A DNA stretch of 64,000 nucleotides, from contig CBDHHL010000032.1 in the NCBI GenBank assembly GCA_965263355.1, forward strand, positions 1,408,001-1,472,000, given 5' to 3'. The DNA comes from Leptolyngbyaceae cyanobacterium. Lineage in GTDB: Bacteria; Cyanobacteriota; Cyanobacteriia; Phormidesmidales; Phormidesmidaceae. Shown here piece by piece: positions 9,680 through 19,999 of this stretch (position 1 is its first letter; the number at the start of each line of letters is the position of its first letter). The position numbers and the translations under genes are program-made. The notes below the pieces were generated by a model that made no database searches, was not told where the DNA came from, and worked only from the letters and a program-made list of their open reading frames with translations.

Positions 9680-11689
9680 TTACTTATCTGCTGTTAAGGT
9701 GGTCATTAATCCTGAGCTGTTACTAACCTGATATTGCTCTGCCTGCATTCGCCAAAGAGCACTATATTCACCATCTTGTTGAAGAAGTTCCTCATGAGTT
9801 CCTGTTTCAACTAATTTCCCTGCTTTTAAGACGAGAATTCTATCAGCTAAGTGTACGGAAGCAAGTCTATGGGTAACTAAAATTGCGATCTTATCTTTTA
9901 CTAATTTGGCAAAGCTGCTGTAGATTTCGTACTCACTTCGTGGATCTAAAGCTGCTGTTGGTTCATCTAAAATCATGATCTGAGCATCTTTTTCACGCAT
10001 AAATGCTCTTGCGATCGCAATCTTCTGCCACTGTCCACCAGACAGCTCAGTTCCTTTGAATTTTTTACCTAAAGGTGTTTGATATCCATCTGGAAGCTGT
10101 TCAACCTGGGTTGAAATTTCTGCTTTTTGGCTTGCATACTTAAGCCTCTTTATGTCAGCAGCAGCTTCGATATCTCCCAGAGCAATGTTTTCAGCAATAG
10201 TAAAATAATAACGACAGAAATCTTGAAATACTGCTCCAATTTTTCGTCGCCAGTTGTCTAGATTCAAATCTTTAATGTTTGTTCCATCTATAGAAATAGT
10301 ACCTTGCGTTGGATCATAAAAGCGTGCTAAGAGTTTAACTAAAGTACTTTTACCTGCTCCATTCTCACCCACAATAGCAATAGTTTCGCCAGGATTTAAG
10401 GTTATGGAAATTCCACTGAGTGCCTCACGTCCGTCTGGATAAACAAAATCCACATTATCAAATGTTATACCAGACTCTATAGAGTTTGGTATAGCTTCCC
10501 CAGGGATAGCAACCGGTATCCTAGACTCGGTATCCATAAATTTAAAGAGCATCTCTAAAAACAATACGCTTCTTTGCATATTCAAAGAAAGCTGAGTAAT
10601 GGTAGTGATATTATTCTGAACATAAGCAAGCGCTTGAATTAACAAAAGAATGCTTCCAGGAGTTAACTTTCCTGATATAGCCTGGAAAATCACCCAACCA
10701 AAACTAAATGCATTTCCTAATGTACTCAACATTCCTAAGAATGTAATACTAGTTGCTTGCTGACTCCGCAGTTTAGTTAGGGCTTGATGTTTATCTTCAA
10801 ATGCTTTTAGATAACGTTGACTAAGTAATGGATATAATCCAAATAGACGAACCTCTTTAGCATAGGTATCTTCTAGCATGATATTAGCGTAATAACGCAT
10901 CTGCCGAGTCTGAAAACTTTTTCTAAAGGTTGCATTCCAGATATTTAGCTCTATTTGGAAGGAAGTATAGGCTTGGGGTAAGTATGTTACTATTATCAAT
11001 AGTGGAATCCACCAACTTACAGTTGCTAATAATGCCAGCATAGTTATCAGCGTAATTAGCTGCTTGAAGATTCCCAACAGACGATTTAATATGCCAAAAG
11101 GCTCTGATCCCGCTCTTGCGTGAAGTATTGATAGTTGATCGTAGAATTCAGCATCTTCAAAGTTAGTAATATCAGCAAAGCTATTAGCTTTTTTCATCAG
11201 CCTTAGATTAATGCTTGCTGTTAATTCATCTGCCAAATTCATTGACACAACATTTACCCAGGGGCTAGAAATGTTTTCTAATACCATAACCAGAATCCAC
11301 AGACATATCACTGTGGAAATGGCTAACCAATGAATGTCTTCTCCTGGCATTAAGGAAACAGCAGTATCTACAACTTGTTTGTTAATGCCTACGGTAACTG
11401 ATGGGATAAAACTTTGGACTAGAAGAATAATAACAAGAAATATTGTCCTCCTAGGAGCAGTCTCCCACAGTAAGCTTAAATAGCGGCTAAAAAGTGTGCC
11501 ATATTTAAAGAATACTTGCCTGATGTTTGATCTCAAGCTTGTATCGCTATTGTTTTCACTATTTTCCTGTTCACTATGGCGCTGGCTAGTATTTTTTTCG
11601 ATACTGTCGTTTTCGTGACTATTGTCCATAGGATTAGTTGATATTGGCTGATTTGCCTGGTCTACCAATTGGTCTGTTGTTTGCTCCAT
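9680..11689 (-). CDS. ABC exporter, fused permease/ATP-binding protein
   Basis: N-terminal TM domain, Walker A GENGAGKST, signature LSGGQWQK, Walker B ILDEPT, H-loop. Confidence 0.95.
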   Translation of the reverse strand: MEQTTDQLVDQANQPISTNPMDNSHENDSIEKNTSQRHSEQENSENNSDTSLRSNIRQVFFKYGTLFSRYLSLLWETAPRRTIFLVIILLVQSFIPSVTVGINKQVVDTAVSLMPGEDIHWLAISTVICLWILVMVLENISSPWVNVVSMNLADELTASINLRLMKKANSFADITNFEDAEFYDQLSILHARAGSEPFGILNRLLGIFKQLITLITMLALLATVSWWIPLLIIVTYLPQAYTSFQIELNIWNATFRKSFQTRQMRYYANIMLEDTYAKEVRLFGLYPLLSQRYLKAFEDKHQALTKLRSQQATSITFLGMLSTLGNAFSFGWVIFQAISGKLTPGSILLLIQALAYVQNNITTITQLSLNMQRSVLFLEMLFKFMDTESRIPVAIPGEAIPNSIESGITFDNVDFVYPDGREALSGISITLNPGETIAIVGENGAGKSTLVKLLARFYDPTQGTISIDGTNIKDLNLDNWRRKIGAVFQDFCRYYFTIAENIALGDIEAAADIKRLKYASQKAEISTQVEQLPDGYQTPLGKKFKGTELSGGQWQKIAIARAFMREKDAQIMILDEPTAALDPRSEYEIYSSFAKLVKDKIAILVTHRLASVHLADRILVLKAGKLVETGTHEELLQQDGEYSALWRMQAEQYQVSNSSGLMTTLTADK

Positions 11690-11705
11690 AATGTTTAATT
11701 CTTTA

Positions 11706-12959
11706 TTAGAATAAGTCGTAGATTGCAGACTCTATTTGTCGTCCAACAGTTTGCCAAGAATAGTCTAATTTCAATAATTTATAGGCAGAATCAGCCATTT
11801 TTTCCCGTAACATTGGATTTGACCAAAGCTGACAAATGCCCTCAACCATTGCATCTATCTCGTCTCGGAGCAGCAAATGCTCTCTATCAGCAACGTTTAA
11901 TCCTTCAGCCCCCTTGGTTGTACTCACTACAGGACAGCCACTGGCAAAGGCTTCCAAAATTTTCAGGCGAGTTCCTCCTCCATGGCGCAGTGGCACAGCC
12001 ATAACACTGGCAGCAGCTAAATAGGGTCGAATATCTGAAACCTGTCCCGTAACAATGATCCCCGCATTAGCCTGGGCCGCTTCGATCATTTGTTTATTCG
12101 GATTGCGCCCTACCAATAATAAACGGCAGTCTGGATAAACTTGCCGTAGTCGAGGGTATATTTCATTGATGAGTAACTCAACGGCTTCAGCATTAACAGC
12201 ATAGGAGAATTGCCCCAAGTACAGAACATTGTGTCGTCCCTTGGCTTCCAATCCCTCAGGCAAAGGGCAGGTACCTGAATGAATGCACTCATACTTGGCC
12301 ACATCTACCCCATTGGGAATCACCTGGATATAAGAGACTGGTCCATACAAATTTTGTAGTTGTTGTTGATCGGCATGGCTACAAACCCACACTTGATCTA
12401 CTTGATGAACAAGTCTGCGCTCAATCGGTTGAGTTAACGCTAGCTCAAGCTTTTGGCGCATTGTTAAATTTCGCTTCTCGATGACGGCATAAGCAGCGTA
12501 TATTTCTTTTAACCACACACCATGCACATTATGTTGATCTAAAATGAGACGACATCCAAATTGCTTAACTAGTGGAATATAGCGATGAGCCCACATCTCA
12601 GCAACTACTAAGTCAGGCTGAAATTCTGTCAGTATATTTTGAAACTGTTTAGCACTTTCTTTAGTGTATTTACCAATTTTACTGCGGTAGGGATACCGTC
12701 CAGATTTTAGCCATGGTAACTGGGAAACTAGCCTTTCCCAAAGAGAAGTATCTTTCTTAGACGTATTATAGTGATGACGTACATCCACCCCTGGGATTGA
12801 TTGACCGTTAGAATCCATGGGAAACAACGAGAAAACTCCCACTGAACCCAATTTTGCCATTGCCCTAATTGCCTGCAAATAGCGTAGATGAACGCCTCCT
12901 TGAGGGGGGTAAGGATCCCCAGCAGTAGTAATAAACAGTGTACGAATTGAGGGCAACAT
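11706..12959 (-). CDS. Glycosyltransferase family 4
   Basis: VIPNGVD, PLRHGGGTRLKILEAFASGCPVVST. Confidence 0.9.
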   Translation of the reverse strand: MLPSIRTLFITTAGDPYPPQGGVHLRYLQAIRAMAKLGSVGVFSLFPMDSNGQSIPGVDVRHHYNTSKKDTSLWERLVSQLPWLKSGRYPYRSKIGKYTKESAKQFQNILTEFQPDLVVAEMWAHRYIPLVKQFGCRLILDQHNVHGVWLKEIYAAYAVIEKRNLTMRQKLELALTQPIERRLVHQVDQVWVCSHADQQQLQNLYGPVSYIQVIPNGVDVAKYECIHSGTCPLPEGLEAKGRHNVLYLGQFSYAVNAEAVELLINEIYPRLRQVYPDCRLLLVGRNPNKQMIEAAQANAGIIVTGQVSDIRPYLAAASVMAVPLRHGGGTRLKILEAFASGCPVVSTTKGAEGLNVADREHLLLRDEIDAMVEGICQLWSNPMLREKMADSAYKLLKLDYSWQTVGRQIESAIYDLF

Positions 12960-12975
12960 TGCTTGTGTTTCAACT

Positions 12976-13039
12976 CTACAGGTAAGATTTGTTAAGACTA
13001 CAGGTAAGATTTGTTAGAACTACGGTTAGATACATTAAG
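12976..13039. repeat. 22-bp direct repeats in the divergent promoter region between two GT4 genes
   Basis: CTACAGGTAAGATTTGTTAAGA / CTACAGGTAAGATTTGTTAGAA / degenerate CTACGGTTAGATACATTAAG. Confidence 0.8.
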
Positions 13040-13089
13040 TCTATTGTTATTATTGTTTCCGCGTTATTCATAATTTATTTAAGGATAAG

Positions 13090-14037
13090 ATGCGTGTCTA
13101 CCTATCGAGCAATCATCACTACCCGGCTAAGGTGACAGGAACCGCCTCACAGCATACCACAGATCTGCTGGCTAGAGGTTTGGGAGAATTAGGGCATGAT
13201 GTCTTTTACGATTTGAGACAAAACGAACTTTTAGCCCCCCTACCTGATTGTGTTACCAAGGTAACAGAACGAAGATTTGACACTGATATTTTGCAGCCTC
13301 AGGATGTTTCCGTATTTGACTCGTTTGATTCTCGGGGCAAGCCCTGGATTAGAACCGTTCAGGCACCCTTTGGAAATCATGATTTTTCAGGGTTATCAAA
13401 GAAAAACTGGATCTTTGTCTCCCGTGCCCATGCCCATAGCTATGGCTGTAATCGCCATGTCCATAACAGTATTGATCCTGCTGACTTTATCTATTCTGAA
13501 ACCAAAGATGACTATTTTATTTTTTTAGTCTGTGGTTTAGAACGAGCTGTTTTGAAGGGGCTGGGACTGGCGTTGCTCCTGGTCCAGGAACTGGGCATTA
13601 AACTAGTTGTCGCAGGATCTAGCAAAGATAAATTTTATCAACGACAGTTTGCTGCCATGTGTCAGGAACAGGGGATAGACTTTGTTGGCGAAGTTCGAGG
13701 TCCTAAAAAAGCCGAATTAATTGCAAGAGCAAAAGCACTGCTTGCCCCCACCTTGATTAATGAACCATTTGGCTTGGTGATTGCCGAAGCATTAATCTCT
13801 GGAACTCCAGTAATTTGTAGCGATCGCGGCTCCTTTCCAGAACTGGTTTCACCCGATGTCGGTTTTATTTGCCGTAGATTCCATGAGTATATTGCGGCTG
13901 TTGAAATGCTTGAAAAAATTGATCCCAAGGCATGCCGAGAAAAGGCAATGCAAGATTTTCATTACCTAAGAATGGCTGCCAATTATATAAAGGAATATGA
14001 GATAGAAATATCCTTAGGCTGTCTTACTCAACGATAA
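13090..14037 (+). CDS. Glycosyltransferase family 4
   Basis: LARGLGELGHDV, EPFGLVIAEALISGTPVI, AAGGA RBS. Confidence 0.88.
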   Translation: MRVYLSSNHHYPAKVTGTASQHTTDLLARGLGELGHDVFYDLRQNELLAPLPDCVTKVTERRFDTDILQPQDVSVFDSFDSRGKPWIRTVQAPFGNHDFSGLSKKNWIFVSRAHAHSYGCNRHVHNSIDPADFIYSETKDDYFIFLVCGLERAVLKGLGLALLLVQELGIKLVVAGSSKDKFYQRQFAAMCQEQGIDFVGEVRGPKKAELIARAKALLAPTLINEPFGLVIAEALISGTPVICSDRGSFPELVSPDVGFICRRFHEYIAAVEMLEKIDPKACREKAMQDFHYLRMAANYIKEYEIEISLGCLTQR

Positions 14038-14050
14038 GTAACCTTCCACC

Positions 14051-15115
14051 ATGTCTTTAAGATTTCACTGGAGACTACCCGCTGGCACTGACAAATCATC
14101 AGAAGCCACCTTTGATCCACAAGGATTAGGGCTACTTGATATTGAAACAGACATTAACTTCTGTCGTCGAGCAGAAGAAATTGGCATTGAGTCTTTATTG
14201 ACGGCATTTGGCTACTATAGGCCCGATCCAATTTTGCTTTCCACCGCCCTCGGTCTGGCCACACAGAAAATTAAGTTTACGGTTGCCTATCGCCCTGGAC
14301 TGCTGTCGCCCACATTATTTGTTCAGCAAATTAATACCCTTGCAATGTTAACTCATGGTCGAGTCAGCTTAAATATCATTGCTGGCCATTCTAAAAAAGA
14401 GCAAGCCTATTATGGCGATTTTCTAAATCATGATGAGCGATATTCAAGGGCGGGAGAATTTCTAGAGATTTGTCATGGCCTTTGGCAAAATAATGGTGGT
14501 TTCACCTTTAAAGGTCAATATTTTCAAGTTGAAGATGCACATTTAGGTACCCCCTTTCTTTCAGCAGAGCGTAGCTTTCCAGAGATATACATTGGCGGTG
14601 GTTCGCCGCCAGCCCAGGAGTTGGCAATCAATCAAGGCTGTTGTTGGCTACTGCTTTTTGATACTCCGGACAATTTGAGAGCGCGTATTCAACCAGTCTT
14701 GAAGCAAGGTATAGAGGTGGGACTGCGGGGCTCCATTGTAGTTAGAGAGACTCGAAAAGAGGCCATTGAGGCAGCCTATTCACTGATTGATACAACGAAA
14801 CAGCAGTGGGTTGAAGACGTCTTTACCAAGAATTCTGAATTTGAATCGATCAAAGCCGCATTTGAGTATATGCAAGAAGCAGATGCGAATTGGCTGACAC
14901 CTTGGCTGTGGAAGGGTGCAGTTCCTTTCTGTGGGCCTTCATCAATTACGTTGGTGGGCACACCGACAGACATTGCCTCAGCCATCATGGAATACAAAAA
15001 TATTGGCTGTTCGCAATTTATTTTATCTGGATGGCCTGAACTTGAAACCATGACCTATTTTGGGCGAGAAGTTTTGCCCATTATTCGAGAAATGGAACAG
15101 AAGATAACCTCTTAG
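14051..15115 (+). CDS. Luciferase-like (LLM) flavin-dependent monooxygenase, SsuD-like
   Basis: RRAEEIG, VAYRPG, GRVSLNIIAG, HDERYSRAGEFL, IYIGGGS, LVGTP...FILSGWP. Confidence 0.9.
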   Translation: MSLRFHWRLPAGTDKSSEATFDPQGLGLLDIETDINFCRRAEEIGIESLLTAFGYYRPDPILLSTALGLATQKIKFTVAYRPGLLSPTLFVQQINTLAMLTHGRVSLNIIAGHSKKEQAYYGDFLNHDERYSRAGEFLEICHGLWQNNGGFTFKGQYFQVEDAHLGTPFLSAERSFPEIYIGGGSPPAQELAINQGCCWLLLFDTPDNLRARIQPVLKQGIEVGLRGSIVVRETRKEAIEAAYSLIDTTKQQWVEDVFTKNSEFESIKAAFEYMQEADANWLTPWLWKGAVPFCGPSSITLVGTPTDIASAIMEYKNIGCSQFILSGWPELETMTYFGREVLPIIREMEQKITS

Positions 15116-15183
15116 AGTGTTATAAAAACATAGATTTTCAGGCTGAGTACATTAAGGAGTTTAATCGCTTAACGGAGTCAGTT

Positions 15184-16104
15184 ATGGGCAAGCAAATTAT
15201 ATTGTCTGATCTCCTCCACTTACGTTATAGACCTCATAAATGGCCAAAGCTCAAAGAATGTCAGCCATGTCCAGCGTTTCAACTGTTTGATTGGGTTATT
15301 TGGCTTCCTCATTCGGCGCTTTCGTGTCGTTTCCGAAATTTCATGCCTCGTACAGTTCTCTGCCTAGCCCATTTAAGCAGTCTTCAAGTATTACTGAAAC
15401 TAAAAAGCTGCCTTAGTAACTCTACTGTAATTATTGCTGGACGAGATACAAATTTGAGTAAGGTATTGCCGATAGTTGAGACTTTGTTGCCTTACTGCCA
15501 AAAGATTTACTACGAAGCTAAAGATATAGCTCATCCAGAAATAGAGTCATTTTCTATGGGGTTTACTAGTTTTTACTTCTACCTACATCGGGTTGAGTTT
15601 GAGACCATTTCCCAGTTGGCTACATTAGTTTCTAATTTGGAATGGGAAAAGCAGGGAGTATTAGCTGCTTGGGGTGGTATTTATGCCAGGCTTGACCAGA
15701 TTTTAGCAGATCGGCGTGCTGCGGTTGAATTTGTTGAAAATTGTCCATGGATTCAGAGAGAGCAGCTTGAACCTGCTGATTATTGGCAGCGTCTGGCCGA
15801 GTCTAAATTTCTGCTAGCCCCTGCTGGTAATGGGATTCAGTCTCCTAAACTAGCAGAAGCCTGGTTGATGAGAACAGTGCCGATTGTAACCGATAATCCC
15901 TGCTTTCGGGATCTTCAAGCGGAGGGCTTTCCCCTACTCATTATCGATCAATGGAATGATCTTACTCAAAAACTGCTGGAAAATTTTGAGACAGAACGAT
16001 GCAATATTGACTGGGAAAGGGTCCAATCAATGCTGACGCTGCAACATTTTCGCTCACGTTATCTCTTACCTTCGGAAGATATGGATAAATGGGAGGATGA
16101 GTAA
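15184..16104 (+). CDS. Hypothetical protein, exostosin/GT47-like C-terminal region
   Basis: YWQRLAESKFLLAPAGNGIQSPKLAEAW...VPIV resembles the GT47 motif. Confidence 0.5.
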   Translation: MGKQIILSDLLHLRYRPHKWPKLKECQPCPAFQLFDWVIWLPHSALSCRFRNFMPRTVLCLAHLSSLQVLLKLKSCLSNSTVIIAGRDTNLSKVLPIVETLLPYCQKIYYEAKDIAHPEIESFSMGFTSFYFYLHRVEFETISQLATLVSNLEWEKQGVLAAWGGIYARLDQILADRRAAVEFVENCPWIQREQLEPADYWQRLAESKFLLAPAGNGIQSPKLAEAWLMRTVPIVTDNPCFRDLQAEGFPLLIIDQWNDLTQKLLENFETERCNIDWERVQSMLTLQHFRSRYLLPSEDMDKWEDE

Positions 16105-16243
16105 GCAGGCAATGATTTATCCCACGTGCCTAAACAGATTTATATGGAATGCTACGTAGCTTTAATGGGTAGTTCTAACGTTGTAAAAACTGGATGTAGT
16201 CGTGACTAATTTTTATCAGAGATATTTATTGGAATGGGCATAA

Positions 16244-17143
16244 ATGCATAATCGGATAGTTCTTAATTATTGGCATGGAGGTCTGTGTAACAATATTGTT
16301 CAACTTTGTCATGCTATATATTTGGCAGAGAGTACCTGCTCTTATTTAGAGGTCTCGCCTCATCCTGGTTTACTTGAAACACATCATGATTTTGACTTCA
16401 CCAATGGTGAACCAACTCAAGAGACAATATCGGATATCTTTTATTGGTTGGATGAGAATTTATTTGGAGTAAAAACTATTGATTGGAACATACGACGTAA
16501 TATTCTGAAAAGATATATACGTCCAATGTTACCTAAAACATTATTTCCTACTGCAGGCCAAGATGGCCTGACAATTCATATTCGGTCCGGCGATATTTTT
16601 AGACGTAAACCAGCGATTAAAGTTTTTAAGCGAGCACCTAACTTGATAGTTGCTCTTAAAAGGCTTTTATCTGGAACCCATCGAGTTAACTCAGAGTTTA
16701 TTCAGCCGCCCCTGGCCTTTTACACAAGGGTGATTGAAAGTAAGCCATGGTCACGTATTATTCTTATCGCACAAGACACTGAAAATCCTACTATCCATGC
16801 CTTACTCAAGGCTTACGGCACCATTGAATTTCAACCAGGAAGCCTTGAAAGGGATATCATGGCATTACTGTCAGCTCAAAATCTAGTTATTGGCTATGGC
16901 ACTTTCGGTATCACCTGGGCACTACTAAGCGATCATATTCAATCACTATACTCTCCTGTAGTACCTATTAAAACCTTTGACCATCTGTACCCAGGCGATA
17001 TCAAGGGCGTTAGCGTTTATCCCTTTGAATTTCAGAACTACATACCCATAGGTCAATGGAAAGCAACTGCAAGGCAAAAGCAGTTGATGTTGAAGTATTG
17101 CGATCGCAATATCCTAGCCATCCATTCGCCACGGGATAGTTAG
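16244..17143 (+). CDS. Fucosyltransferase-like (GT11-like) glycosyltransferase
   Basis: GGLCNNIVQ, TIHIRSGDIF, QPPLAFY, LVIGYGTF. Confidence 0.6.
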   Translation: MHNRIVLNYWHGGLCNNIVQLCHAIYLAESTCSYLEVSPHPGLLETHHDFDFTNGEPTQETISDIFYWLDENLFGVKTIDWNIRRNILKRYIRPMLPKTLFPTAGQDGLTIHIRSGDIFRRKPAIKVFKRAPNLIVALKRLLSGTHRVNSEFIQPPLAFYTRVIESKPWSRIILIAQDTENPTIHALLKAYGTIEFQPGSLERDIMALLSAQNLVIGYGTFGITWALLSDHIQSLYSPVVPIKTFDHLYPGDIKGVSVYPFEFQNYIPIGQWKATARQKQLMLKYCDRNILAIHSPRDS

Positions 17144-17158
17144 ACAGCCCTTTTACAG

Positions 17159-18517
17159 TTAACAGGCTTGCGATAACTTTTCAGCTTTGGAGACTTGTAA
17201 ACCCAAAAATAGCGCACGAAACATCATAAAACTAGTCCACGCTAACCACAAAATATGACAGCTGTGCCATTGCCAAGCAGCCATTGCCAGTAAGCTGAAG
17301 CCACAAATAGCAGCCAGTACCATCGCATCTCGCAATATAGACCCCACCGCTAATCCAAGGAAATAACCATCTAAGGTATTAGCAATGGACCCAAATGTCA
17401 TCACTGGCAGCAACCAAAACACATAGATGTGCATCAAAGAGAGTACAGACTCTTTATTGGTAAAGAATTGGAATAAAACGTCCGAAAAGCCGATGGTAAC
17501 CGTTGCACACAACACACCTGCAGCCATGCAGCTCACCATCGCTAACTGTAACAACTGTTGTAACTTATCGCTCCGTCCTTCTCCATAAAACACCCCCGTC
17601 AGACTTTCAGTGGCATAACAAAATCCACGGCTGATATGTGAAAAGAGTATCACTGCCTGGAATAGCAACGTATTAGCTGCAAAAATAGTCGTGCCTAAGG
17701 ATGAGCCAATGTCAATAAAAACGGACATTGTGAGGCCAATGACTAATGTTTTGAGCAAAATATCTCGATTTAGGATCAACGTTTCTACGGTGGCTGACCA
17801 ATTATGGATACGGGGTAAGAGTCCTTTAATCGAGTGCCATGGCAACAATCTGGCAGCAAATCCTAAGGCAATCACCAAGGCCGCATACTGGCTGCCAACA
17901 GTGGCTAACCCCGCCCCCGTACTGCCCCAATGGCAGCGCACAATTAACCAGTAGTCGAGAAAAATGTTGGCTCCGTTACTGACAATCGAAATTAGCAACA
18001 CCTTGCCACTCTGTTCCAGCCCCAACAGCCAACCCAACAATACAAACATGGTCATATTGGCCGGCACACCTAGAATCATGACATTGAAGTAGGCCCGACC
18101 AGCAGCCTCTGTTTCGGCGGTGGATGCCAGTAGGTTAAACCCTAACTCCCGAATTGGCCATTGCAATAACAAAATCACACCGCTGAATACCAACGCCAAG
18201 AGTAGATTTCGCAGCAATATAAGAGCCACCTCATCCTCATCTTGTCGTCCACTGGCTTGAGCAGTAGTACCCGTAGTCCCCATACGTAGCGTTAGACCCA
18301 GGCGATAAATTAAATCAAAAATAACCGCAGCCAGGGCCACCCCATTTAAATGACGAATTTCATCCAGGTGTCCCAGGAAAGCAACATCAATCAGGCTGGC
18401 CAGAGGCACCAACAGGTTAGACAGAATATTTAAAGTTGACAGTCGAAAAAAACGTACTCTGAAAGTATCTGAGTCTAAGTCTGGGATATCGGTAAGCTTT
18501 GTGACTTCATGACTCAT
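17159..18517 (-). CDS. MATE-family efflux transporter (DinF-like)
   Basis: ILSNLLVPLASLIDVAFLGHL, LRMGTTGTTAQA, about 12 hydrophobic segments. Confidence 0.92.
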   Translation of the reverse strand: MSHEVTKLTDIPDLDSDTFRVRFFRLSTLNILSNLLVPLASLIDVAFLGHLDEIRHLNGVALAAVIFDLIYRLGLTLRMGTTGTTAQASGRQDEDEVALILLRNLLLALVFSGVILLLQWPIRELGFNLLASTAETEAAGRAYFNVMILGVPANMTMFVLLGWLLGLEQSGKVLLISIVSNGANIFLDYWLIVRCHWGSTGAGLATVGSQYAALVIALGFAARLLPWHSIKGLLPRIHNWSATVETLILNRDILLKTLVIGLTMSVFIDIGSSLGTTIFAANTLLFQAVILFSHISRGFCYATESLTGVFYGEGRSDKLQQLLQLAMVSCMAAGVLCATVTIGFSDVLFQFFTNKESVLSLMHIYVFWLLPVMTFGSIANTLDGYFLGLAVGSILRDAMVLAAICGFSLLAMAAWQWHSCHILWLAWTSFMMFRALFLGLQVSKAEKLSQAC

Positions 18518-18522
18518 AAAAA

Positions 18523-18620
18523 ACGTTTCAGATACCTATGGGCGAACAGGTATGATTGTAGTGCCCAGAGGCCTTTTTGACACTTGGTCTGACTGACCTG
18601 GCTATCCAGTTGATGGATAA
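18523..18620 (+). mobile_element. Degenerate 3'-end relic of an IS701-family transposase
   Basis: Translates MIVVPRGLFDTWSD*PGY, versus MIKIPREIFNTWSDLLCY at the C-terminus of the element at 21.1-22.2 kb. Ends in TGGATAA like that element's TIR. Confidence 0.65.
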
Positions 18621-18670
18621 CTGACAAAATACGCCCCAATACGCTACGAACCTAACGAACCCGGTATCGA

Positions 18671-18740
18671 AGGGCATCCGCAAGGGAGTCCTACAGGATT
18701 GTCAATTTTTAATCGGGTTTAATGAATTCGGATTTGGTAT
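18671..18740 (-). repeat. Partial copy of ~107-bp GTAG-containing MITE
   Basis: Reverse complement ATACCAAATCCG...CCGATTAAAAAT...GTAGGA...GGATGCCCT aligns with copies at 29708 and 55271. Confidence 0.65.
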
Positions 18741-18833
18741 AAGCGCCATTTTGGCAATATGCCTTACACTTCAGTCAATGAGAAAAACTCAAACGTGTGA
18801 AAAGTAGGCAAACAAGGAAATAGTATTGACATT

Positions 18834-19982
18834 ATGGCCAGACATAAACAACCTACTCAATACAACGTATGCGTTGAGCCCATACATCGAGCGTCTTCTT
18901 ATTTCTTTGAGTCAGCCCCATCAGTAGATACAGACCGAAGTGATAAAATTGGCCGCTATGGCAGATATGGAAATCCCACCTGGATACAGGTAGAGAATAG
19001 GCTTGCTGAGCTAGATAAAGCCGAAGATTCCCTGCTGTTTGCATCAGGAATGAATGCCATTACGACAACGTTACTAGCCTTTGCGAAACCGAAAGATCAT
19101 ATTGTTTTCACCGGTAACTGCTATAAACACACCCGTTCTTTTATCGCTGAGTTTCTAAAACGTTACGGCGTTAAATCACAAGCTGTTAATTACAGCCATG
19201 AGCAGGATTTTAGCACCTCTATTATCCATGCCATTACAGACGAGACCAAGCTAGTCGTCTTAGAAACACCGTCCAATCCCCATTTATATTTGGTAGACAT
19301 TGAAAAAATTCACAGTCATTTGCCGTCTCAATGTTTGCTAATCGTCGATAGCACGCTAGCCTCACCCATTAATCTGTCTCCCATAGATCTTGGGGCCGAT
19401 CTGGTTACCCACAGTTGCACTAAATACATTGGTGGCCATGGAGACCTTCTGGCAGGCTGTGTGTCTGGTTCCCAGGAGTTAATTGATTTGATTCGCAACT
19501 ATCGCAATATGATGGGAGGCATTATCGATCCACAGTGTGCGTTCCTAATTAATAGAAGCTTAGATTCGTTTCCACTACGTATGCGGTATCTCAACGAATC
19601 TGGCATGAAAATTGCTCATTTTTTAGAACAACACTCAGGCGTCAATCGTGTATTTTACACAGGGCTCAAAAGCCATCCCCATTATCACCTGGCTAAAGAC
19701 TATCTTAAAGGCCACGGTGCTGTTATCACCTTTGAACTGGGCTGCGATCAGCAAGCAACTACCCAGTTTATTGATGATCTAAAAATACCGTTTATGGGGT
19801 CAAATTTTGGCACGAGTGCCACTATGATTGAGCAATGTAGTATCTTTACCTACTATCATTTAAGTGCCGATCAGCGCCACGCTCAAGGCATAGGCGATAG
19901 TCTAGTTCGCCTCAGTTTGGGATATGAGGATACTGATTTATTAATAGAGGATCTCAATCAAGCGCTCGACAAGATTACATAA
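18834..19982 (+). CDS. PLP-dependent Cys/Met metabolism enzyme (cystathionine gamma-synthase-like)
   Basis: YGRYGNPT, FASGMNAI, LETPSNP, VDST, PLP lysine in HSCTKYIGGHGD, LVRLSLGYED. Confidence 0.9.
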   Translation: MARHKQPTQYNVCVEPIHRASSYFFESAPSVDTDRSDKIGRYGRYGNPTWIQVENRLAELDKAEDSLLFASGMNAITTTLLAFAKPKDHIVFTGNCYKHTRSFIAEFLKRYGVKSQAVNYSHEQDFSTSIIHAITDETKLVVLETPSNPHLYLVDIEKIHSHLPSQCLLIVDSTLASPINLSPIDLGADLVTHSCTKYIGGHGDLLAGCVSGSQELIDLIRNYRNMMGGIIDPQCAFLINRSLDSFPLRMRYLNESGMKIAHFLEQHSGVNRVFYTGLKSHPHYHLAKDYLKGHGAVITFELGCDQQATTQFIDDLKIPFMGSNFGTSATMIEQCSIFTYYHLSADQRHAQGIGDSLVRLSLGYEDTDLLIEDLNQALDKIT

Positions 19983-19999
19983 CATTGACATGAGTACCT

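Noticed and set aside
12976..13039. CRISPR array or plasmid iterons
   Set aside because: Units abut with no spacers, there are only 2-3 copies, and no cas or rep gene is adjacent.
17159..19982. Guanitoxin (gnt) cluster suggested by the MATE transporter and PLP enzyme
   Set aside because: No recognisable arginine hydroxylase, enduracididine enzymes or kinase; DinF-like MATEs are widespread.
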